Part shown: piece by piece, positions 43,199 through 57,885 of the stretch
How the letters are laid out: each line of letters starts with the position of its first letter
Position numbering within the stretch: the first letter of the stretch is position 1
Assembly: GCF_009914755.1 (NCBI RefSeq)
Contig: NC_060934.1
DNA length: 64,000 bases
Source of the DNA: the human T2T-CHM13v2.0 reference genome, Homo sapiens
Direction: 5' to 3' (one strand)
The notes under the pieces: generated by a model
Database searches by the model: none
Told to the model about the DNA's origin: nothing
Seen by the model: only the letters and a program-made list of their open reading frames with translations
Program-made: the position numbers and the translations under genes

Positions 43199-46100
43199 AA
43201 TGGAATGTAATGGAATGAAATGGAATGGAATGGAATGCAATGGAATGGAGTGGAATGGAATAAACACCAGTGGAATGGAATGCAATAGAATGGAGTGGAA
43301 TGGAAAGAAATGGAATGGAATGGATATGGAATGAAATGGAATGGAATGGAATGGAATGGAATGGAATGGAATGGACAGGAAAGGAATGGAATGGAATGGA
43401 ATGGAATGGAATGGAATGGACTAGAATGGAATGGAATGGAATTAAATCAACCCTATTAGAATGGAATGGAATGCAATGGAATGGAATGGAATCAACTGGA
43501 AAGGAGCAAAACGGAATGGAATGGAATGGAATGGAATGGAAAGGAATGGAATCCACCCGAGTCGAATGCAATGGAATGGAATGGAATAAACCCGAGTAGA
43601 ATGCAACGGAATGCAATGGAATGGAATCAACCCGAGTGGAATGGAATGGAATGGAATGGAATAAACACGAATGGAATGGAATGGAATGGAATGGAATGGA
43701 ATGGAATGGAATCAACGCGAGTGGAATGAAATGTAACGTCATGGAATGGAATGGAATGGAATGGAATGGAATGGAATCCACCCGAGTCGAATGCAATGGA
43801 ATGGAATGGAATAAACCCGGGTGGAATGGATTGGATTGGAGTAGAACGGAATGGAACGGCATGCAGTGCAATGGAATCAACTATAATGGAATGGAATGGA
43901 ATCGAACGGAATCAACCTGAGTGGAATGGAATGGAATGGAATGGAATGAATGGAATGGAATGGAACGGATACTAATGGAATGGAATGGAAAGGAAACAAC
44001 CCGAGTGGAATGGAATGCAATGGAATGCAATGGAATGGAATAGAATGGAATGGAATGGAATAGAATGGAATTCAATGTAATGGAAACAAACCGAGTGGAA
44101 TGTAATGGAATGGAAAGGACTGGAAAGTAATGGAATGGGTTGGAATCAACCCGATTCCAATGCAATGCAATGGAATGGAATGGAATGGAATGGAAGGGAA
44201 TGGAATGAACAGGAATGGAATGGAATGGAATGGATGTTCATGGAATGGAATGGAATGGAATGGAATGGAATGGAATCAACTCGAGTGGAGAGGAATGGAA
44301 TGGAATGGAAATGAATGGAATGGAATGGAATGGAATGGAATCGAATGGATGTTCATGGAATGGAATGGAATGGAATAGAATGGAATGGAATCAACCCGAG
44401 TGGAGTGGAATGGAATGGAATGGAAATGAACGGAATGGAATGGAATGGAATGGAATGGCATGGAATGGAACGGAACGGAACGGAAAGAACCCGAGTGGAA
44501 TGGAATGGAATGGAAGGGAATGGAATGGAACGGAATGGAATGTACCCAATTGGAATGGAATGGAATGGAATAGAATGGAATGGAGTGGCATGTAATAAAC
44601 ACGATTGGAATGGAATGGAATGGAATGGAATGGAATGGAATGGAAAGGAATGGAATAGAATGTAATGGAATCAACTCGAGTGGAAAGGAATGGAATGGAA
44701 AGGAATGAAATGGAAAGGAAAGAATGAAATGCAACAGAATGCAATAGTATGGAATGGAGTCAACCCGAGTGGAATGGAATGGAATGTAATGTAATGGAAT
44801 GAAATGGAATGGAATGGAATGGAATGAAATGGAATGGCATGGAATGCAATGGAATGGAGTGGAATGGAATAAACAGCAGTGGCATAGAATGGAATGGAAG
44901 GGAATGGAATGGACAGGAATGGAATGGAATGGAATGGAATGGAATGGAATGGAATGCACTAGAATGGAACGGAATGGAATGAAATCAACCAGATTGGAAT
45001 GGAATGGAATACAATGGAATGGAATGGAATCAACTGGAAAGGAATGAAATGAATGGAATGGAATGGAATGGAATGGAATGGATTGGAATGGAATAGAATG
45101 GAAGGGAATCAACCCGAGTAGAATGCAACGGAATGCAATGGAATGGAATCAACCCGAGTGGAATGGAATGGAATGGAATGGAATAAACACGAATGGAATG
45201 GAATGGAATGGAATGGAATGGAATGGAATGGAATGGAATCAACTCGAGTGGAATGAAATGTAACGTCATGGAATGGAATGGAATGGAATGGAATGGAATA
45301 GAATGGAATCAATTCGAGTGCAATGTAATGGAATAGAATGGAATCAATTAAACTGCAATGTAGTGGTATAGAATGGAATGGAATGGAATGGAATGGAATC
45401 AACCAGAGTGGAATGGAATGGAAAGGAATGGAATGGAATGGAAAGGAATGGAATGGAATGAAATGGAATGGAATGGAATGGAATGGAATGGAATGGAATG
45501 GAATGTAACGGCATGGAATGCAATGGAATGGAATGGAATGGAATAAACCCAAGTGGAATGGAATGGAATGGACTGTAACGGCATGGAATGGAATGGAATG
45601 GACTGGAAACAAACCGAGTGGAATGGAATGGAATGGAAAGGAATGGAATGGAATCATCCCGAGTGGAATGGAGTGGAATGGAATGGAATGCAATCAACCC
45701 GAGTGGAATGGAATGGAATGGATTGTAATGGAATGAACCCGAGTGCAACGGAAAGGAATGGAATGGAAAGGAATGGAATGGAATGAAATGAAGACGAGTG
45801 GAATGGAATGGAATAGAATGGAATGGAATGGACTGGAATGGAATGGAATGGAATGGAATGGAATGGAATGGAATGGAATGGAAGAGAATGGAATGGAATC
45901 AACCCGAGTGTAAAGGAATGCAATGGAAAGAAATAGAATGGAATGGAAAGGAATGGAATGCAATGGAATGCAATGGTATGGAATGGAGTCAACCCGAGTG
46001 GAATGGAATGGAATGGAATCGAATGCAATGGAATGGAATGGAATGCTATGGAATGGAGTGGAAGGGAATAAACACCAGTGGAATGGAATGCAATGGAATG

Positions 46101-49100
46101 GAATGGAATGGACAGGAAAGGAAAGGAATGGAATGGAATGGAATGGAATGGACTAGAATGGAATGGAATGGAATGAAATCAACCCGATTGGAATGGAATC
46201 GAATGCAATGGAATGGATTGGAATCACCTGGATAAGAATGAAATGGAATGGAATGGAATGGAATGGAATGGAATGCAATTGAAAGGAATGGAATGAAATC
46301 AACCCGAGTGGCATGGATTGGAAAACAGTGGAATGGAATGGAAAGGCATGGAATGCAATGAAATCAACTAGAATGAAATGGAATGGAATGGAATGGAATG
46401 GACAGGAATGGAATGGAATGGAATGGAGTGGAATGGACTAGAATGAAATGGAATGTAATGAAATCAACCGTATTGGAATGGAATGGAATGCAATGGAATG
46501 GAATGGAGTCAACAGGAAAGGAATCAAATGGAACGGAATGGAATGGAATGCAATGGAATAGAATGGAATGAAATCAACTCGAGGGGAAAGGAATGGAATG
46601 GCAAGGAATCGAATGGAAAGGAAAGGAATGGAATCCAAAGGAATGCAATGGTATGGAATGGAGTCAACCCGAGTGGAATGGAATGGAATGGAATGGAATG
46701 GAATGGAATGTAATGGATTGGAGTGGAATGTAATAAACACTAGTGGAATGGAATGGAATGGAATGCAATGGATTGGAGTGGAATGGAATAAACACTAGTG
46801 GAATGGAATGGAATGGAATGGCATGGACAGGAATGGAATGGAATGGAATGGAATGAAATGGAATGGAATGGAATGGACTAGAATGGAATGGAATGGAATG
46901 AAATCAACCAGATTGGAATGGAATGGAATGCAATGGAAGGTAATGGAATCAACAGGAAAGGAATGAAGTGGAGTGGAATGGAATGTAATGGAATGGAGTG
47001 GAATGGAATGGAATGGAATGGAATGGAATGGAATGGAATTAACCCGAGTAGAATTCTATGGAATGGAACGAAATGGAATGGAATGAAATCAACCCTAATG
47101 GAATGGATTGTAATAAAATGGAATGGAATGGAATGGCATGGAATGCAATGGAATCAACTAGAATGGAATGGAATGGAATGAAATGGACAGGAATGGAATG
47201 GAATCGAATGGAATGGAATGGACTGGAATGGACTAGAATGGAATGGAATGGAATGAAACAAACCCGATTGGAATGGAATGGAATGCAATGGAATGGAATG
47301 GAATCAACTTGAAAGGAATGAAATGGAATGGAATGGAATGGAATGGAATCAACCCGAGTGGAATGCAATGGAATGGAATGGAATGGAATGGAATGGAATG
47401 GAATGGAATGGAATCAACTCGAGTGGAATGGATTGAAATGGAGTGGAATGGAATGGAATGGCATGGAATGCAATGGAATCAACTAGAATGGAATGGTATG
47501 GAATGGATTGGAATGGAATCGAATGGAATCAACCAGAGTGGAATGGAATGGAATGGAATGGAATGAATGGAATGGAAACTAAAGGAATGGAATGGAAAGG
47601 AAACAACCCGAGTGGAATGGAATGCAATGGAATGCAATGGAATGGAATGGAATGGAATGGATATCCGTGTAATGGAAACAAACCGAGTGGAATATAATGG
47701 AATGAAAAGGACTGGGATGTAATGGAATGGATTGGAGTCAACCAGATTACAACGCATTGGAATGGAATGGAAGGGAATGGAATTCAATGGAAAAGAATGG
47801 AATGAACTGGAATGCAATGGAATTTAATGGAATGGAATGGCATGGAATGGAATCAACCCGAGGGGAGTCGAATGGAATGGAAAGGAAATGAATGGAATGG
47901 AATGGAATGGAACGAAATGGAATGAACCCGAGTGGAATGGAATGGAATGGAATGGAATGGAATGGAATGGAATCAACCCAAGTGGAATGGAATGGAATGG
48001 AATGGAAAAAACATGAATGGAATGGAATGGAATGGAATGGAATGGAATGGAATGGAATGGGATGGAATGGAATCAATTCGAGTGCAATGTAATGGTATAG
48101 AATGGAATGGAATGGAATGGAATGCAATGGAATCAAACAGAGTGGAATGGAAAGAAAGGAATGGAATGGAATGGATTGGAATGGAATGGAATGGAATGGA
48201 ACGGCATAGAATGCAATGGAATGGAGTGGAATCAACCCGAGTGGAATGGAATGGAATGGACTGTAAGGGCATGCAATGGAAAGGAATGGCGTGGAATCAA
48301 ACCGAGTGGAATGGAATGGAAAGGAATGGAATGGAAATGAATGGAATGGAATCAACACGAGTGGAATGGACTGGAATGGAATGGAATGGAATCAACCCGA
48401 GTGGAATAGAATGGAATGGAATGGAATAGAATCAACCCGAGTGCAATGGAATGCAATGGAATGAAATAGAATGGAATCGAATGAAATGAACACGTATGGA
48501 ATGGAATGGAATGGAATGGAATGGAATGGAATGGAATGGAATGGAATCAACCCGAGTTGAAAGGAATGGAATGGAAAGGAATAGAATGGAATGGAAAGGA
48601 ATGGAATGCAATGGAATGCAATGGTATGGAATGGAGTCAACCCGAGTGGATGGAATGGCATGGAATCGAATGGAATGGAATGGAATGGAATGCAATGGAA
48701 TGGAGTGGAATGGAATAAACACCAGTGGAATGGAATGGAATGGAATGGAATGGACTAGAATGGAATGGAATGGAATGAAATCAACCCGATTGGAATTGAA
48801 TGGAATGCAATTGAATGGAATGGAATCACCTGGAAAGGAATGAAATGGAATGGAATGGAATGGAATGGAATGAATGGAATGGAATGGAATGGAATGAATG
48901 GAATGGAATGGAATGGAATGGAATGGAATGGAATGAATGGAATGGAATGGAATGGAATGGAATGGAATGGAATGAATGGAATGGAACGGAATGGTAACTA
49001 ATGGAATGTAATGGAAAGGAAACAACCCGAGTGGAATGGAATGCAATGGAATGCAATGGAATGGAAGGGAATGGAAAGGAATTCAATGTAATGCAAAAAA

Positions 49101-52100
49101 AGCGAGGGAATGGAATGGAATGGAAAGGACTGGAATGTAATGGAATGGATTGGAGTCAACCCGATTTCAACGCAATGGAATGGAATCGAATGGAAAGGAA
49201 TGGAATGAACTGGAATAGAATTGAAAGTAATGGAATGAACTGGAATGGAATGGAATGGAATTTAATGGAATGGAATGGAATGGAATGGAAATGAATGGAA
49301 TGGAATGGAATGAAATGGAACGGAAAGGAATGGAATGAACCCGAGTGGAATGGAATGCAACGGAACGGAATGGAATGGAATGGAATGGAATCTACCCGAG
49401 TAGAATGGAATGGAATGGAATGGAATGGAATGGAATGGAATGGAATGGAATAAACACGAGTGGAATGGAATGGAATGGAATGGAATCTAATGGAATGGAA
49501 TGGAATAGAATGTAATGGAATCAACTCGAGTGGAAAGGAATGGAATGGAAAGGAATGGAATGGAAAGGAAAGGAATGGAATGCAATAGAATGCCATGGTA
49601 TGGAATGGAGTCAACCCGAGTGGATTGGAATGGAACGGAATGGAATGGAATGAAATGGAATGGAATGGAATGCAACGGAATGCAGTGGAATGGAATAAAC
49701 ACCAATGGAATGGAATGGAATGGAATGGAATGGAATGGAATGGAATGGAATGGACAGGAATGGAATGGAATGGAATGGAATGGAATGGAATGGAATGGAA
49801 TGGACTACAATGGAATGAAATGGAATGAAATCAACCCGATTGGAATGCAATGGAATGCAATTGAATGGAATGGAATCAATTGGAAAGGAATGAAATGAAT
49901 GGAATGGAATGGAATGGAATGGAATGGAATGGAATGGAAGGTAATGGAATCAACAGGAAAGGAATGAAGTGGAGTGGAATGGAATGTAATGGAATGAAAT
50001 GGAATGGAATGGAATGCAATGGAATGGAGTGGAATGGAATAAACACCAGTGGAATGGAATGCAATAGAATGGAGTGGAATGGAAAGAAATGGAATGGAAT
50101 GGATATGGAATGAAATGGAATGGAATGGAATGGAATGGAATGGAATGGAATGGACAGGAAAGGAATGGAATGGAATGGAATGGAATGGAATGGAATGGAC
50201 TAGAATGGAATGGAATGGAATTAAATCAACCCTATTAGAATGGAATGGAATGCAATGGAATGGAATGGAATCAACTGGAAAGGAGCAAAACGGAATGGAA
50301 TGGAATGGAATGGAATGGAAAGGAATGGAATCCACCCGAGTCGAATGCAATGGAATGGAATGGAATAAACCCGAGTAGAATGCAACGGAATGCAATGGAA
50401 TGGAATCAACCCGAGTGGAATGGAATGGAATGGAATGGAATAAACACGAATGGAATGGAATGGAATGGAATGGAATGGAATGGAATCAACGCGAGTGGAA
50501 TGAAATGTAACGTCATGGAATGGAATGGAATGGAATGGAATGGAATGGAATCCACCCGAGTCGAATGCAATGGAATGGAATGGAATAAACCCGGGTGGAA
50601 TGGATTGGATTGGAGTAGAACGGAATGGAACGGCATGCAGTGCAATGGAATCAACTATAATGGAATGGAATGGAATCGAACGGAATCAACCTGAGTGGAA
50701 TGGAATGGAATGGAATGGAATGAATGGAATGGAATGGAACGGATACTAATGGAATGGAATGGAAAGGAAACAACCCGAGTGGAATGGAATGCAATGGAAT
50801 GCAATGGAATGGAATAGAATGGAATGGAATGGAATAGAATGGAATTCAATGTAATGGAAACAAACCGAGTGGAATGTAATGGAATGGAAAGGACTGGAAA
50901 GTAATGGAATGGGTTGGAATCAACCCGATTCCAATGCAATGCAATGGAATGGAATGGAATGGAATGGAAGGGAATGGAATGAACAGGAATGGAATGGAAT
51001 GGAATGGATGTTCATGGAATGGAATGGAATGGAATGGAATGGAATGGAATCAACTCGAGTGGAGAGGAATGGAATGGAATGGAAATGAATGGAATGGAAT
51101 GGAATGGAATGGAATCGAATGGATGTTCATGGAATGGAATGGAATGGAATAGAATGGAATGGAATCAACCCGAGTGGAGTGGAATGGAATGGAATGGAAA
51201 TGAACGGAATGGAATGGAATGGAATGGAATGGCATGGAATGGAACGGAACGGAACGGAAAGAACCCGAGTGGAATGGAATGGAATGGAAGGGAATGGAAT
51301 GGAACGGAATGGAATGTACCCAATTGGAATGGAATGGAATGGAATAGAATGGAATGGAGTGGCATGTAATAAACACGATTGGAATGGAATGGAATGGAAT
51401 GGAATGGAATGGAATGGAAAGGAATGGAATAGAATGTAATGGAATCAACTCGAGTGGAAAGGAATGGAATGGAAAGGAATGAAATGGAAAGGAAAGAATG
51501 AAATGCAACAGAATGCAATAGTATGGAATGGAGTCAACCCGAGTGGAATGGAATGGAATGTAATGTAATGGAATGAAATGGAATGGAATGGAATGGAATG
51601 AAATGGAATGGCATGGAATGCAATGGAATGGAGTGGAATGGAATAAACAGCAGTGGCATAGAATGGAATGGAAGGGAATGGAATGGACAGGAATGGAATG
51701 GAATGGAATGGAATGGAATGGAATGGAATGGAATGCACTAGAATGGAACGGAATGGAATGAAATCAACCAGATTGGAATGGAATGGAATACAATGGAATG
51801 GAATGGAATCAACTGGAAAGGAATGAAATGAATGGAATGGAATGGAATGGAATGGAATGGATTGGAATGGAATAGAATGGAAGGGAATCAACCCGAGTAG
51901 AATGCAACGGAATGCAATGGAATGGAATCAACCCGAGTGGAATGGAATGGAATGGAATGGAATAAACACGAATGGAATGGAATGGAATGGAATGGAATGG
52001 AATGGAATGGAATGGAATCAACTCGAGTGGAATGAAATGTAACGTCATGGAATGGAATGGAATGGAATGGAATGGAATAGAATGGAATCAATTCGAGTGC

Positions 52101-55100
52101 AATGTAATGGAATAGAATGGAATCAATTAAACTGCAATGTAGTGGTATAGAATGGAATGGAATGGAATGGAATGGAATCAACCAGAGTGGAATGGAATGG
52201 AAAGGAATGGAATGGAATGGAAAGGAATGGAATGGAATGAAATGGAATGGAATGGAATGGAATGGAATGGAATGGAATGGAATGTAACGGCATGGAATGC
52301 AATGGAATGGAATGGAATGGAATAAACCCAAGTGGAATGGAATGGAATGGACTGTAACGGCATGGAATGGAATGGAATGGACTGGAAACAAACCGAGTGG
52401 AATGGAATGGAATGGAAAGGAATGGAATGGAATCATCCCGAGTGGAATGGAGTGGAATGGAATGGAATGCAATCAACCCGAGTGGAATGGAATGGAATGG
52501 ATTGTAATGGAATGAACCCGAGTGCAACGGAAAGGAATGGAATGGAAAGGAATGGAATGGAATGAAATGAAGACGAGTGGAATGGAATGGAATAGAATGG
52601 AATGGAATGGACTGGAATGGAATGGAATGGAATGGAATGGAATGGAATGGAATGGAATGGAAGAGAATGGAATGGAATCAACCCGAGTGTAAAGGAATGC
52701 AATGGAAAGAAATAGAATGGAATGGAAAGGAATGGAATGCAATGGAATGCAATGGTATGGAATGGAGTCAACCCGAGTGGAATGGAATGGAATGGAATCG
52801 AATGCAATGGAATGGAATGGAATGCTATGGAATGGAGTGGAAGGGAATAAACACCAGTGGAATGGAATGCAATGGAATGGAATGGAATGGACAGGAAAGG
52901 AAAGGAATGGAATGGAATGGAATGGAATGGACTAGAATGGAATGGAATGGAATGAAATCAACCCGATTGGAATGGAATCGAATGCAATGGAATGGATTGG
53001 AATCACCTGGATAAGAATGAAATGGAATGGAATGGAATGGAATGGAATGGAATGCAATTGAAAGGAATGGAATGAAATCAACCCGAGTGGCATGGATTGG
53101 AAAACAGTGGAATGGAATGGAAAGGCATGGAATGCAATGAAATCAACTAGAATGAAATGGAATGGAATGGAATGGAATGGACAGGAATGGAATGGAATGG
53201 AATGGAGTGGAATGGACTAGAATGAAATGGAATGTAATGAAATCAACCGTATTGGAATGGAATGGAATGCAATGGAATGGAATGGAGTCAACAGGAAAGG
53301 AATCAAATGGAACGGAATGGAATGGAATGCAATGGAATAGAATGGAATGAAATCAACTCGAGGGGAAAGGAATGGAATGGCAAGGAATCGAATGGAAAGG
53401 AAAGGAATGGAATCCAAAGGAATGCAATGGTATGGAATGGAGTCAACCCGAGTGGAATGGAATGGAATGGAATGGAATGGAATGGAATGTAATGGATTGG
53501 AGTGGAATGTAATAAACACTAGTGGAATGGAATGGAATGGAATGCAATGGATTGGAGTGGAATGGAATAAACACTAGTGGAATGGAATGGAATGGAATGG
53601 CATGGACAGGAATGGAATGGAATGGAATGGAATGAAATGGAATGGAATGGAATGGACTAGAATGGAATGGAATGGAATGAAATCAACCAGATTGGAATGG
53701 AATGGAATGCAATGGAAGGTAATGGAATCAACAGGAAAGGAATGAAGTGGAGTGGAATGGAATGTAATGGAATGGAGTGGAATGGAATGGAATGGAATGG
53801 AATGGAATGGAATGGAATTAACCCGAGTAGAATTCTATGGAATGGAACGAAATGGAATGGAATGAAATCAACCCTAATGGAATGGATTGTAATAAAATGG
53901 AATGGAATGGAATGGCATGGAATGCAATGGAATCAACTAGAATGGAATGGAATGGAATGAAATGGACAGGAATGGAATGGAATCGAATGGAATGGAATGG
54001 ACTGGAATGGACTAGAATGGAATGGAATGGAATGAAACAAACCCGATTGGAATGGAATGGAATGCAATGGAATGGAATGGAATCAACTTGAAAGGAATGA
54101 AATGGAATGGAATGGAATGGAATGGAATCAACCCGAGTGGAATGCAATGGAATGGAATGGAATGGAATGGAATGGAATGGAATGGAATGGAATCAACTCG
54201 AGTGGAATGGATTGAAATGGAGTGGAATGGAATGGAATGGCATGGAATGCAATGGAATCAACTAGAATGGAATGGTATGGAATGGATTGGAATGGAATCG
54301 AATGGAATCAACCAGAGTGGAATGGAATGGAATGGAATGGAATGAATGGAATGGAAACTAAAGGAATGGAATGGAAAGGAAACAACCCGAGTGGAATGGA
54401 ATGCAATGGAATGCAATGGAATGGAATGGAATGGAATGGATATCCGTGTAATGGAAACAAACCGAGTGGAATATAATGGAATGAAAAGGACTGGGATGTA
54501 ATGGAATGGATTGGAGTCAACCAGATTACAACGCATTGGAATGGAATGGAAGGGAATGGAATTCAATGGAAAAGAATGGAATGAACTGGAATGCAATGGA
54601 ATTTAATGGAATGGAATGGCATGGAATGGAATCAACCCGAGGGGAGTCGAATGGAATGGAAAGGAAATGAATGGAATGGAATGGAATGGAACGAAATGGA
54701 ATGAACCCGAGTGGAATGGAATGGAATGGAATGGAATGGAATGGAATGGAATGGAATCAACCCAAGTGGAATGGAATGGAATGGAATGGAAAAAACATGA
54801 ATGGAATGGAATGGAATGGAATGGAATGGAATGGAATGGAATGGGATGGAATGGAATCAATTCGAGTGCAATGTAATGGTATAGAATGGAATGGAATGGA
54901 ATGGAATGGAGTGGAATGGAATGGAATGGAATGGAATGGAATGGAATGGAATTAACCCGAGTAGAATTCTATGGAATGGAACGAAATGGAATGGAATGAA
55001 ATCAACCCTAATGGAATGGATTGTAATAAAATGGAATGGAATGGAATGGCATGGAATGCAATGGAATCAACTAGAATGGAATGGAATGGAATGAAATGGA

Positions 55101-57885
55101 CAGGAATGGAATGGAATCGAATGGAATGGAATGGACTGGAATGGACTAGAATGGAATGGAATGGAATGAAACAAACCCGATTGGAATGGAATGGAATGCA
55201 ATGGAATGGAATGGAATCAACTTGAAAGGAATGAAATGGAATGGAATGGAATGGAATGGAATCAACCCGAGTGGAATGCAATGGAATGGAATGGAATGGA
55301 ATGGAATGGAATGGAATGGAATGGAATCAACTCGAGTGGAATGGATTGAAATGGAGTGGAATGGAATGGAATGGCATGGAATGCAATGGAATCAACTAGA
55401 ATGGAATGGTATGGAATGGATTGGAATGGAATCGAATGGAATCAACCAGAGTGGAATGGAATGGAATGGAATGGAATGAATGGAATGGAAACTAAAGGAA
55501 TGGAATGGAAAGGAAACAACCCGAGTGGAATGGAATGCAATGGAATGCAATGGAATGGAATGGAATGGAATGGATATCCGTGTAATGGAAACAAACCGAG
55601 TGGAATATAATGGAATGAAAAGGACTGGGATGTAATGGAATGGATTGGAGTCAACCAGATTACAACGCATTGGAATGGAATGGAAGGGAATGGAATTCAA
55701 TGGAAAAGAATGGAATGAACTGGAATGCAATGGAATTTAATGGAATGGAATGGCATGGAATGGAATCAACCCGAGGGGAGTCGAATGGAATGGAAAGGAA
55801 ATGAATGGAATGGAATGGAATGGAACGAAATGGAATGAACCCGAGTGGAATGGAATGGAATGGAATGGAATGGAATGGAATGGAATGGAATCAACCCAAG
55901 TGGAATGGAATGGAATGGAATGGAAAAAACATGAATGGAATGGAATGGAATGGAATGGAATGGAATGGAATGGAATGGGATGGAATGGAATCAATTCGAG
56001 TGCAATGTAATGGTATAGAATGGAATGGAATGGAATGGAATGCAATGGAATCAAACAGAGTGGAATGGAAAGAAAGGAATGGAATGGAATGGATTGGAAT
56101 GGAATGGAATGGAATGGAACGGCATAGAATGCAATGGAATGGAGTGGAATCAACCCGAGTGGAATGGAATGGAATGGACTGTAAGGGCATGCAATGGAAA
56201 GGAATGGCGTGGAATCAAACCGAGTGGAATGGAATGGAAAGGAATGGAATGGAAATGAATGGAATGGAATCAACACGAGTGGAATGGACTGGAATGGAAT
56301 GGAATGGAATCAACCCGAGTGGAATAGAATGGAATGGAATGGAATAGAATCAACCCGAGTGCAATGGAATGCAATGGAATGAAATAGAATGGAATCGAAT
56401 GAAATGAACACGTATGGAATGGAATGGAATGGAATGGAATGGAATGGAATGGACTGGAATGGAATGGAATCAACCCGAGTTGAAAGGAATGGAATGGAAA
56501 GGAATAGAATGGAATGGAAAGGAATGGAATGCAATGGAATGCAATGGTATGGAATGGAGTCAACCCGAGTGGATGGAATGGCATGGAATCGAATGGAATG
56601 GAATGGAATGGAATGCAATGGAATGGAGTGGAATGGAATAAACACCAGTGGAATGGAATGGAATGGAATGGAATGGACTAGAATGGAATGGAATGGAATG
56701 AAATCAACCCGATTGGAATGGAATGGAATGCAATTGAATGGAATGGAATCACCTGGAAAGGAATGAAATGGAATGGAATGGAATGGAATGGAATGAATGG
56801 AATGGAATGGAATGGAATGGAATGGAATGGAATGGAATGAATGGAATGGAATGGAATGGAATGGAATGGAATGGAATGAATGGAATGGAATGGAATGGAA
56901 TGGAATGGAATGAATGGAATGGAACGGAATGGTAACTAATGGAATGTAATGGAAAGGAAACAACCCGAGTGGAATGGAATGCAATGGAATGCAATGGAAT
57001 GGAAGGGAATGGAAAGGAATTCAATGTAATGCAAAAAAAGCGAGGGAATGGAATGGAATGGAAAGGACTGGAATGTAATGGAATGGATTGGAGTCAACCC
57101 GATTTCAACGCAATGGAATGGAATCGAATGGAAAGGAATGGAATGAACTGGAATAGAATTGAAAGTAATGGAATGAACTGGAATGGAATGGAATGGAATT
57201 TAATGGAATGGAATGGAATGGAATGGAAATGAATGGAATGGAATGGAATGAAATGGAACGGAAAGGAATGGAATGAACCCGAGTGGAATGGAATGCAACG
57301 GAACGGAATGGAATGGAATGGAATGGAATCTACCCGAGTAGAATGGAATGGAATGGAATGGAATGGAATGGAATGGAATGGAATGGAATAAACACGAGTG
57401 GAATGGAATGGAATGGAATGGAATCTAATGGAATGGAATGGAATAGAATGTAATGGAATCAACTCGAGTGGAAAGGAATGGAATGGAAAGGAATGGAATG
57501 GAAAGGAAAGGAATGGAATGCAATAGAATGCCATGGTATGGAATGGAGTCAACCCGAGTGGATTGGAATGGAACGGAATGGAATGGAATGAAATGGAATG
57601 GAATGGAATGCAACGGAATGCAGTGGAATGGAATAAACACCAATGGAATGGAATGGAATGGAATGGAATGGAATGGAATGGAATGGACAGGAATGGAATG
57701 GAATGGAATGGAATGGAATGGAATGGAATGGAATGGAATGGACTACAATGGAATGAAATGGAATGAAATCAACCCGATTGGAATGCAATGGAATGCAATT
57801 GAATGGAATGGAATCAATTGGAAAGGAATGAAATGAATGGAATGGAATGGAATGGAATGGAATGGAATGGAATGGAATGGAAAGG
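43199..57885 (+). repeat. Near-identical ~6.78-kb duplication (43199-49935 / 49978-57885)
   Basis: Identical ORF pairs at constant offset: 43270/50049, 45109/51888, 47039/53818 (6779); 44105/50879 (6774). After the nested 1134-bp copy the offset is 7918-7938 (47973/55891, 49156/57094). Confidence 0.95.
53766..56042 (+). repeat. 1134-bp tandem duplication nested in the second 6.78-kb copy
   Basis: ATTAACCCGAGTAGAATTCTATGG at 53817 and 54951. Identical ORFs 53818/54952 and 54258/55392 (offset 1134). 9-bp junction overlap AATGGAATG at 54900-54908. Confidence 0.95.

Noticed and set aside
47049-47058. Palindrome TAGAATTCTA as a heat-shock element
   Set aside because: An HSE needs alternating nGAAn/nTTCn with two bases between GAA and TTC. 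Here they abut. The array's GAA units are direct repeats, so no canonical HSE can be called.
43199-57885. The near-identical 6.78-kb duplication as a pure assembly artefact
   Set aside because: The copies differ by pentamer counts and some substitutions, and the junction holds a specific 64-bp templated piece, which a simple misjoin is unlikely to create. Not fully excluded without reads, especially for the 1134-bp pair, where I found no difference.
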